Source of the DNA: Neoechinorhynchus agilis
Lineage: Eukaryota > Animalia > Acanthocephala
NCBI GenBank assembly: GCA_051530055.1
Contig: JBMGUZ010000022.1
Span: 1-35,245, forward strand
Direction of reading: 5' to 3'
Length of the DNA: 35,245 bases
Shown here: piece by piece, positions 1-10,289 of the stretch
Position numbering within the stretch: position 1 is the first letter of the stretch
How the letters are laid out: every line of letters starts with the position of its first letter
Program-made: the position numbers and the translations under genes
Notes under the pieces: generated by a model
What the model was told of the DNA's origin: nothing
Database searches by the model: none
What the model saw: only the letters and a program-made list of their open reading frames with translations

Positions 1-873
1 CTTACCGAAGTCTTTGTCCGGGTTGTATGTCGTAGTGAGTTGTGCCATACGTTTGAGGAATATTATCAAATAACCGGACTTTTACGGCAGGATTCTAAAA
101 ATATCTACATCGCTCAGTGTCTAAGGACACAACGAACTGTGATTGTTAAATCACTTTGCAAAAACGTGGTCAAAAATGTATTAGTCGTTGAAGGTGCCGC
201 AATCCCAATGGAACTTATTGTGCAAATGCATGCAACCAAATATGTTCCTCAACAAATACAACCGATTATCGACTATTTCGAAGATGAAACACGTTGGCTA
301 TTAGTCATGCCTTATTCTCCATATCTAATGGACCTTTATGACTACTTAAACGACGATATTGAGATGCCTGCTTTTAATGATAACTCATCATGTTCAAACC
401 GATCAGTGAAAATGTTACCAGCCGATATGTGCAAATACGTATTCAAACAATTAGTCAAGATAAGTAATGATCTAATGAATATCGGGATAGTCCACCGTGA
501 TCTCAAAATTGAAAATATTCTAGTGAACGCCATGACGATGCAGATATCACTCATTGATTTTGGCGCTAGTGCCATTGCACAGGATCGGGATTATACCGAT
601 TTCCATGGAACGCTTGCCTATCGAACGCCTGAGTTTATTCTTCGACATGGATATTCAGCTGGCCCTTCTACTGTTTGGATGCTGGGATTGGTATTGTTTG
701 ATCTACTCAATGGATATCTGCCATTTAAAAGAGAAGAGGATATTATTGCCGGTCGACTAGTTTATCGAGAAGGCATATCAGCAGCCGTTAGAGAATTCAT
801 CTCTTCCTGCCTCTGCGTTGATCCTAATCAACGATTAGACCTAGAAGCACTTGTAAAGCACTCCCTACTATAG
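1..873 (+). CDS. PIM: PIM-family Ser/Thr kinase (5'-partial, frame open from base 1)
   Basis: Kinase motifs: VIVK lysine, IPMEL alpha-C, HRDLKIEN, LIDFG, YTDFHGTLAYRTPEF, TVWMLGLVLFDLLNGYLPF, CLCVDPNQR. These parallel PIM1 (VPMEV, HRDIKDEN, YTDFDGT, VWSLGILLYDMVCGDIPF). The Gly-rich loop is degenerate. Confidence 0.85.
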   Translation, partial: LTEVFVRVVCRSELCHTFEEYYQITGLLRQDSKNIYIAQCLRTQRTVIVKSLCKNVVKNVLVVEGAAIPMELIVQMHATKYVPQQIQPIIDYFEDETRWLLVMPYSPYLMDLYDYLNDDIEMPAFNDNSSCSNRSVKMLPADMCKYVFKQLVKISNDLMNIGIVHRDLKIENILVNAMTMQISLIDFGASAIAQDRDYTDFHGTLAYRTPEFILRHGYSAGPSTVWMLGLVLFDLLNGYLPFKREEDIIAGRLVYREGISAAVREFISSCLCVDPNQRLDLEALVKHSLL

Positions 874-3458
874 AATTTTTTATACAATTACAGGACTTAA
901 AAAAAGATCCATATTACCGATTTATGCCGTCCGTGCCACTCAAATCTGGTGCTAGACTGGAAATGTTTTTAAACACTTAATTCATATCCTACTTTTTAAA
1001 CGCTGAAGGTAAAGAGCGGGAGGGAACACGGATAAATTGGTGACTAGCACTGACATTCACATAAAAAATAGCTGATCAATTTGATTCATTGCTCATATCA
1101 GTTTATATAAATTCTGCAAGTGATTAGAACAATTAAAAAATTCCTTCCCTCGCTAAATTAAGAAAATCGTTTCTTTTTATTAACGATTTCATTCTGCAGT
1201 TCTTCGTATTTTTATAAAAAATTTCAGTACCGAGCTTTTTGCTGGTTGATAATTAAAGCAATGGATATGATGAGAATTTTTTGAACTTTATCGAAATGCC
1301 GGATTCCAATAATTGAAAATTAATGTGCTTTTCCGAGGTTCATAAAAATATCGTATTGGAGCATGCACACAAATAAGTCCATTCTGCTCTTCCATTCGGA
1401 TTAAAGGTTTTATTTTTTGCGTCGATTATAAACCAGAACGTATTAATTTAGAATACATTGGGATTTATTGACTAGAATACTAATATGCGATTTTGCAATT
1501 CTTAGCTACGTCAATTGACTTAATCCAAAATTCGGATTTTTTTTAGAGTTTAAAGCCAGTGAGTTACAAAGATTATCATTTATAAAACAGTTAAGAATAT
1601 AGTGAAGTTATAGAGAAGATAAATGCCAATCATTTTCTCTTTTTGTCCTTAGAGTACTGACGAATTTTGCAAAACTGATATCAAGTAGGATCTGTGCGCT
1701 TTTCGTTTTTGAATTCCTTCGATGTAAACACAGTAAATTTATCCAAGCTGCTAAAGATTTAAATTAGGCTAAATCGCGAATTTATTCACATTGTACCCTA
1801 CAGGAACTTTCTTTATAAAGTAGCTAATTTTTAAGGGTTCATGTCGAATTTAAAATTATTTTTTGTACCTTGTGCTAAAGCGTTTGATGGCATGACGAAT
1901 AGTTTAATAAAGACGGCAATCATTAAATGTGCAGCGAAATATGAAAGCTAAGTGATTGACACTAATAGAATTAAGCCCGTTTAATCACGCTTCTGTAGAA
2001 TGTCTCCAACTGTATAAAAATACATAAAATTAAGCAGTAAATCTTGCATTTAAAGGTGCAATAATTTCCTAAAATGTAACCTGTAAAAATAATCCATGCG
2101 ATTGACGCATGTAAAGTTACGCAGAAATAAACAAATTATTTCCAAAAATCCAAATAATAGGCACGATGTGAGCAACTTGCAATTCCAACAACAAGTCAAC
2201 CTGTCAGGCAGTGTTAAATTGATTAAAACGAAATTATAACCAGTCAGCCAATCAACGCGAAAGGTATCCAATTTCAGTCTTCCTCTATAAATGAATAAAC
2301 ATCCACTCGGCAAGCCTCTCTGGCAAAACTTTGCTTTAAGAACAAAATCAAATGAACAAGAGGAAATATCAAGGTATGGAATTTAAACATTTTTCTAGTG
2401 CCGCTCACGAAAATTAAGTAATGCCTCAAATTTATTCAAATTACATATTTTTTAGGAACCCATTTCCTTCTTTTTAGAAAAATAATTCCTAATTACCCAT
2501 TGCTTTTGATTAAAAGTTCACTGCAATCAATTGTCATTCTGATACTAGCCATGAATCGCCTAATATTTTATGCAATTAGAGTGCTTCAAGTTATTTTTCG
2601 GTCTACAATCAGGTTTCAATATTTTCGTCATTTTTCTAACTTGATGCAAAATCGACAATCGTAATTTTTTAGAAACCGTGTTTTTATTTGAGTTAGCCGA
2701 CTGGCATTAGCGTTAAAATCTGATAGGCGCTTTCGCGTCTTATTATGCCCTAGATCATGTTGATTACTTATGTCAGCACAAATAATAACAACAGAAATTT
2801 ATGCTGAAAACAACTTTTTTTATTTGTAATTTATCGCGAAGAAAATGAATTTCTACTAGCATCCAATCACTTCTCGATTCGATGCAGTTGGTATAATAAC
2901 GCCGGCCGTGATGATAACCGTTCAATTTTTTATATCCACAAAAACGTCTTAATTTTTATCGAACTATCGAGTTTATGACGACTTTAATAAGCCAGATTTT
3001 TTATAAAGCGTTTGTGAACATTAAAAACTTCGAATTTTACCAAATCTATGAAATGAATAATAGTCGAGTTCAATGTTGAATAGCTGTTTTCGTTTTAAAA
3101 ATTCAGGCCATGTTGTTTTTTCGGAAATTATTGAGAAACACTATTCTCAGTCCAACGAAAAGGCCGAAAATGTTCAATATAAATTTATTTCTGAATCAAA
3201 CATCGCTAATTGAAACTGAAACTATGATAATCAATTTCTTTACTTTTCATAGTGCCATTATATTTGAAGCAAAAATTAGTTTAATGCGTTTTATTGATAA
3301 TGTTTTTCTAAAAACATCGATTTAATATGCCGGTGTCATTATCTATTTAACATGTAGTTCATTCAGTTTCTGTAATGAGTATATTTGAGCATAATCGAGG
3401 CTAAAGAGATACTTTTTTACATATAATCCTGGTTTTATTCTTTGATCATTTTTAACAG

Positions 3459-4057
3459 ACTTGAATTGCGCTCGTTTAGATTATTCCGAAGATACGATAT
3501 CTAAGACGAAAAAGTTAAAGTTTTCCATTAGCACTATTCTAGGATTTGCTGCTGGGGAAGACAATACTGAAAAGGGAGCCTACATTTCAAGACAAGAAAT
3601 AGCTCGACCATATCCATTAAAGCGAGAAAATGGAAAACTTATCTATGAATGCATATACTGCAAGAAAAGATTTGGACAATTAAGTAATTTAAAAGTACAC
3701 TTGAGGACACATACCGGAGAGCGACCATTTCATTGTTTTTCGTGTGGCAAGAAGTTTACTCAACTTGCTCATCTTCAAAAGCATAAAATAGTACACCATA
3801 ATGTTGTGATACCGCCATCAATAATCGATAAGAAAACTCAATGCAGAGATGAAGATAAAACGGATCAATTTGCTGCGTTTACTATTGAAATGATCACGGT
3901 GGAAAATAATGACAGACTGTTTTGTAACAATACTTCAATCAATGGAAAAAGTGAGAAATCAGCGAATTTCAAAAATTATTTTGATCATGAGTGCACTGCA
4001 AAATCTAGATTCAACCACATAAAATCGATGTGTAAGATGATTTACGAACTGGAATGA
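3459..4057 (+). CDS. PRDM1: PRDM1/Blimp-1-like C2H2 protein, two fingers plus eh1 motif; terminal exon, upstream exon unresolved
   Basis: [62 protein letters not shown] matches Blimp-1 fingers 1-2 almost residue for residue. KFSISTILG fits eh1. Acceptor TTTTAACAG ends at 3458, and an in-frame TGA at 3443-3445 means splicing is needed. Confidence 0.8.
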
Positions 4058-4369
4058 ACTGCACTCAATTGAAACCCATGATCAGATTAGCATGATTTTA
4101 AAGACTGAATTGAACGATAACTATGTTTGATGTTTCAATCGTCTGTTGGATAAGTTTAAATTTAAAATCGCACCACGAAATGTAAATCCATTAAGCATGT
4201 TTTTGCTTAAAAAATTGTTATTGTATCCCTAGAATCTTCTCAGTAATTCTTCACATAAATTAACTTCATTTTCACTTCCGTTTTAACCTTTAAACTAGCG
4301 AACACTTTTGCACTAAAGCAGTAAACCTTTTATAACGAAAGATTCGATCCTTGCGAGCAACAATGAACT

Positions 4370-4592
4370 TCTGGCTAAGCTGACAACTGCTCTGGTTCGA
4401 ATCCGTTTCCACCAATGACGCACAGCCAAAGGGGACGAAATACCGCTGAAGGGAGGAAACTCACTGATGAGTCCCGCCTCCTGGAGGTATCTGAGGATGC
4501 GGAGGAATGTACAAACTCAACCGACATTAGAGACTATGTGGTTATATCACTTCTCTGATGTAATTGGTTTGGCTTTATGCCTAAATAAATAA
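4370..4592 (+). mobile_element. Candidate tRNA-derived SINE-like unit carrying a hammerhead ribozyme
   Basis: Perfect Pol III B-box GGTTCGAATCC at 4394-4404. A-box-like TGGCTAAGCTG at 4372-4382, spaced too closely. Hammerhead at 4432-4495 and TAAATAAATAA tail at 4582-4592. No TSD found. Confidence 0.5.
4432..4495 (+). ncRNA. Hammerhead ribozyme, non-circularly permuted strand order
   Basis: Stem II GGGAC 4432-4436 / GTCCC 4471-4475; GAA 4437-4439; stem III ATACC 4440-4444 / GGTAT 4486-4490; C17 at 4491 (AUC triplet); stem I CTCA 4460-4463 / TGAG 4492-4495; CTGATGA 4464-4470. Confidence 0.8.
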
Positions 4593-7500
4593 GCCGGACA
4601 AGAAAGGGATTGACTAAAATTGATTGATAAAAATAAAAGCATTGCGAACTTTTACTGTAAATCCGCCATTAAGTACATTAGAAAATAAAAGTATATGTAT
4701 TTCTTTTAGGTATACAAGTGCAGTATGCGGAATAAGAAATCCAGCGACAAGAGCAAACGAGCTGGGTAGAATATTAAAAATAGTGATTTTCCTTTTAGGC
4801 ACAAATATCGTAAGTTTTTACTTTGTAACGTCGAATAAATCTCATATAAGCTGATTTCTTGAGTATAATTCCGAATGTTCAAAGGGTATAAAAGCGACAT
4901 GTTCGGTTGGTTATGACTGTTTCCATTTTTTAAAATTTAATCTTCTTCGAGCAAAGACTTTTCGGAGTTAAAATTTTTCGAAAAGATTGATTATGCTTGA
5001 GACTAGTAATCGCACAATTAAATACGTTTATTGATCGCAGTTTTAATCATAGCGCCTGGGAACCGAAAATGTTGTTTTTATATTTCGTAAAAATTTAAAA
5101 AATTTTATTGTAATTTTTCCACCACGCCGAAAATATTGTTGAAGCGCACCGAAAATGTGAGCTACCAAACATTATTATTCAAAGAGATCTTCAGAATAAC
5201 TTCGAAACTTGTTAAATTATCGATATGTGATAGATAAAGGCAATAATTGCTAACATACCGTTTAAACTGAGAAGAGCAGGATATTCATTGATAACAAAAT
5301 ATCGTTTATTGCAAACAGTGGTCGATTTTATACTTATATGAATTTTTTTTGTTTTGTGCGGACACCCAGACGTTTTTTATTATGCAAATTTTCGGAGAGC
5401 AAAGTCTCCCCCTTCAGGCTTTTGGTCATTGTTTGCAAGTTTTTTGATGATGATAATCCCGGATAAAAGATATTTTATTGATAAATCCAAGATTAATCAC
5501 CGCAATTCAAAGAAATAAGAGAAGTATGTTTCGCTCTTAATTGGGGTACCATTTAGAGCGATCTACTTTGGCTACTTCTGGTTTGTGAAACGAACTCGTA
5601 GAATGACTGTTAGCTTTCGATTCAACTCAAGGCCTCCGGTAAATCGTTGAGAGAATGTTTTAAGTCGCAGTTGCTGATGGACTGCTTGCGACGCATCGCC
5701 CTTGTATTGGATTTCGAAAATCACGGTTATCAAGGTTTTATACTAAGCTTTCAGGCGACGCAAATTGAAGACATCACCATCAAAACGGCAACTTATTGGA
5801 TTTCCTTCAATTTGTTATGCTTCTGGACTTCTTGGATTTCGTACTAAGGTAGACGCCGATTTTTGAGTGGAAAAATCAGCTTCAATGAACTGCGCGCGGC
5901 AACAAATCGCAAGGGAGAATGGGTTGGTAGGCGCAAAATCGCTTTACTGATCGAATCCGTAGATAATGATTTTGACGATAAGAGCGATGTTTCTGTATTT
6001 GATAAAATGTTTTTAAAGAAAACTCCTTGAAAGGTTAATCGCTGGGATCTTTAAGTTTATTCGCTTATTTATTTTCTCTGTTTGCTTTAGAAGAGAGCGA
6101 TTATTTAAGCCATAAATTCTCGCACTTTATCGCTCATGGAGGAAAGTCTAAGGCTGCCTTTCGATCGAAATGTTCTAAGTGTATAATGGCGATCCTCAAG
6201 TAAATTTTCGCAAAAATCTTTCAGTAGTCTCACACTGCGGACACATGGGAACTAATCCGATTTTTGTAATTCATTTTGCGCTGTTCACTAGCTTATAGCA
6301 TCCATACAAACTTGATGGAATTAACCAAGTAAAAAATTATGATGTTAAGTTGAAAGAATAAACTAACGGGAATTTCGCTTTAACCTGTAATTATTAGCAG
6401 AGTGAAATTCATTGTGGTATTTATTAGACAAACTTTATTATAAATGCAAACCAATCGTTTTTTTCTCTCGAAATATAAAAACACGGACTGGTAAGGATAA
6501 AAAAGTTCACTCAATGGGACCTAATTTTTTTATCAATCGCAGATTTTATTCGACGAAAATGGAGGTATAATTCGAGAGACTTGGGAATCGATCATTTTGA
6601 ATATAGCGACTCTTTTAGCATGATTTTGTACGTTTTTCGGCATATGAATAATTCGATAACGTGACTTTAATGAAAAAAAACAATTGGCAGGTATAAAAAT
6701 GCTGCCCAGAAATAAAAATAACAGAGAACCCTAATAAAAATTAAAACGATAGTTACGAATTTCATACTGTAAAGTAATCCACTCAATAGCTGTGATAAGT
6801 TTTTTAGGCTATTTAACAATCACTTTTGTGTACGATTTATTTTTATTTCATCGGAGCAAATTATAAGTTCTAATAATCGGTCTAAAATTTCTGCCTAACG
6901 AAATTAATGATTTCGAAACAAACCAGTAGAGTGAATTTTTGAAATGCATTTTTTAGTTCTTGTAGTTTTATAGTTTGGAGGTTGGGAATTTACAAACCAT
7001 TGAATTATTCTATGCGTACAAGTTTAGTAAATTCCCCAGTTTAACGGATCATTGCACAATGATTTTCCTAAACAGAGTAACCTATGAGACTAATGCCTCC
7101 TCTGATTCCTTTTCAGATAACCGAAGAAAAGCTTCCTGACGAAGACGCAAGGCGTCGAAAATTTGAAGCAATAAACAAATAAAACACCCATTTTCCGTTC
7201 GGTAATAAATCTGGAATAAACATGAGGGTGTTGGGAAAAGAGGCTTTCCATAATATTACCTATTCAAATGATCTAGTTGGCGTGTTCCGAGATTATTTGA
7301 TTGGATAATCTTTGAAATGGTATACGCAGCCCACCTTTAAATGCTGGAACGGTTACAAATGCTACTCTTGATAGATAAGGTGAATGGAGTTTGAAAATCA
7401 AAATATCGACGGTCATATCACTGGCTCGCAAATGGTTATCCGAATTTATTGCCACAGCTAACGTCAATGCTGTATGTGGAACATCGTCTGTCCAGTAGAA

Positions 7501-7705
7501 TAACGCAGTGGATCGAGTTATACCCTTTAGCGAAAGGAGCGAGAATCTTAGGCAAGCACAAACTCAAATGAAAAAACTGGAAATCGCATAAGTTTAAATA
7601 ATTATACAAGCTTACTTATTTTCGGAGTAGAGAAACCTGAAGTTAAGAGTGCCGGTTTACTAAGAATACATGAAACTTAATTGAAACATCTCGAATTTTG
7701 GAAGA

Positions 7706-7928
7706 TTAAAATGATTTTAGAAATACCAATTGGTTTCGGAGAGGCACAATATTGTACGCCTTTTGATCAAGGTGTTCTTACATATTTCAAAACTTACAAG
7801 CAACCTTGATCAAAACGCGATCACAATATTGTGCCTCTCCGAAACCAATTGGCAGTTTTAAAATCATTTTAATTTTTCTACACGCCATAAATCAATCTAT
7901 TTATGAGCAGTTCAATCCCTGCAAACAC
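7706..7928. mobile_element. Foldback insertion with TSD, decayed hammerhead-like 3' half
   Basis: Inverted arms 7705-7773 / 7803-7873. Direct repeat TTTTGGAAGA at 7696-7705 and 7929-7938. The minus strand of the left arm reads CCGAA-ACCAATTGGT-A; the CUGAnGA half is not intact. Confidence 0.6.
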
Positions 7929-8266
7929 TTTTGGAAGAATACTGATTTGCCGGTGTTACCGAGATTGAGTAATCAGATTTTAGTTTGAGATTAGTGAAAA
8001 TGGCACTGTCAAAGTGCGCTTTTTCAAAAAAAAGGACTTTAAAGAGTCGAATGCACAATATTGTAAGACACAACGCTTTACGTTTGACTCATTTTTGGAT
8101 AAAATGGTTCGGAAAAGGGGAAAAAATGTATCAGAACGGCGTAAGTCGAAAAAAAGCACGACAAGGGTTGATCCGACGTGTTGCTAGGCAACGGGAATAT
8201 TCTCCGCAAAAGTCCAGTTAGATCAAAATATTAGTGGTTTAATGTCAACCTAAAAACCATCAACTC

Positions 8267-9551
8267 ATGGATTTCAAACGTCACAACAACAACAACAACA
8301 ATAAGAAGCCAACTTACAACAACTTTATGATTGCTGCTGACTGTCGCATAAGAAGAGAGGAACAGAATGCTCCACGGCCAGACGATGCGATGAGCAACTA
8401 CATGACCGGCGACTCCGTGATGGCCTGTTTAAATTACATGAGTGAACGTGAGTGCAACAGTCCTTCACGGTGGCGTACAACTAGCCAGGCATACGGACAT
8501 TTCGAAGCAGAGCGAGACGCAAATGGACAATTGCCCCACCAACGGGAATCGGGTCGTGAATGCCACGAGGAGAACTCAGGCGTTTATCCACACAACAATT
8601 CGGGTTATATGAATGCTAGCCAGGATTGGCGTATGAGCGGAAGAGGATACAACATGCCTCCCAACGCTGCTAATGGACCGGGTGCTAATTATGGTCGATC
8701 ATCACAAACGGCGGATCACGCCATTGATTATGGTGACAATGGATCGAATTTTGCTCATATGGATGATACTTTGGGTGATCGATACAGTCGACCAGTTATC
8801 GTCGACAATACCGCTTATGCGCCAAATGTTGACCAATATACTGACGGTTACCATAATCCATATATGGCTCCAAATTACTATGCGGTCCCGGATAGTCAGT
8901 CAACAAGAGACGGACTACCTAATAATAACAACGCCAATCGAATATGCGGACCAAATATGTCTAACAGCGCAGGCACATTTCAACACGGCTCAGATGAAAC
9001 TTTTCAATATCAACCGTATGATGATATGTACAATTCAGGAGCCGCTGTTGGGGCATCGTATGGACACACAATGAGCGATAATGTAGCTGTTCCAATTGGT
9101 ATCAATCGATCACATATGCAACAACCAATGACGGTAATGGAGGATAACGACATTGGATGTAATGAAATGATTCAACATGCGAAACCTTCAGCAATAAAAG
9201 AATGTGAAATCGCTCATATGATGCCTTCGATCGTTACTAAAAGTCTCGGACGTGTACACGATAGCAGTCTTCATCCAACTGCTACAGATCGACATTTATC
9301 AAAACAACAACAACAACCATTTGCCAATAGGGACCGAAAAGTAAATAATTGCTCACAAAGAGCTAGTGACCAAAATACTCGCCGTGCAGCTCCGGATAAA
9401 TGTGCAGAACGTCGTTGCTCAGGATGCATCAACCGTTCCAAATATTCGGGACGAAGTGGTAATAATTGACATCGAGGTAATAAAATAAGTTTACTTTTTC
9501 ATGGTTGGTTTCTCATAATAAAAGGAAACTTTGTTTAACGCCTCAAATTGA
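8267..9551 (+). CDS. Orphan low-complexity N/Q/Y/G/S/M-rich protein; probable exons 8267-9340, 9390-9476, 9525-9551 (about 395 aa)
   Basis: 400-codon ATG-initiated ORF in AT-rich DNA. Two phase-0 GT-AG introns (9341-9389, 49 nt, GTAAAT donor; 9477-9524, 48 nt) give a continuous alternative C-terminus ending ...DEVVIIDIEETLFNASN. No family recognised. Confidence 0.6.
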
Positions 9552-9571
9552 ATCTCAACTATTTACTCATT

Positions 9572-9891
9572 TTGTTATTTGGATCGCTTGTCAACAACAA
9601 CCGAGAGAGAGATCGCGTTAAAGAGAAGAATGTATACATTTCGTCGACTGATTGAATCAGAGTCATTTTATGGATTCAATCAGTCGACGAAATATATACA
9701 TTCTTCTCTTTAACGCGATCTCTCTCTCGGGTGTTGTTGACAAGCGATCTAAACAACAATGTTAAAACCAGTCAATTTGATTCCGGGATTGTTATTTGGG
9801 TCGTTTGTCAATAACACCCGAGAGAGAGATCGTGTTAAAGAGAAGAATGAACAATAATACATATCTAAACACCCAAATGCAATCCTCAATA
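9572..9891. mobile_element. Foldback insertion with 12-bp TSD
   Basis: Near-perfect 87-bp arms 9572-9658 / 9673-9759 with a 14-nt loop. Third partial direct copy at about 9790-9849. TATTTACTCATT at 9560-9571 and 9892-9903. Contains GACGAA-ATATAT-A but no in-register CUGAnGA. Confidence 0.75.
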
Positions 9892-10289
9892 TATTTACTC
9901 ATTCTCAAACAGTTAGCAAACATGACAACCATAATTTCCAAAATACACGAAAACATGTCCTATTTCCTCAACTAAAACGTTTATATGCCTTTAGGATGAA
10001 AATTTGCCTTCAAATAAACATTGATAGATACCAAAAATTTCTATAATTACACTATTTTCATAATACACAATCCTTTTGGATACGACGTCTCCCTAAAAGA
10101 CAGCATTAAAACAGGAGTCGTTCGTTCAAGTAAAGAAATTATGGAGTTAAGAAACATCAATCGCCTTTTACGGTATTGTAAACAGTTATTGATCGCTTTA
10201 AATATCCCTCCAATTAATAAAACCGGCGTTTAGAAGTAAGATTACTAAAATAGAAAAGGCTTAAAAACCATAAGTATTATACTCTCCAT

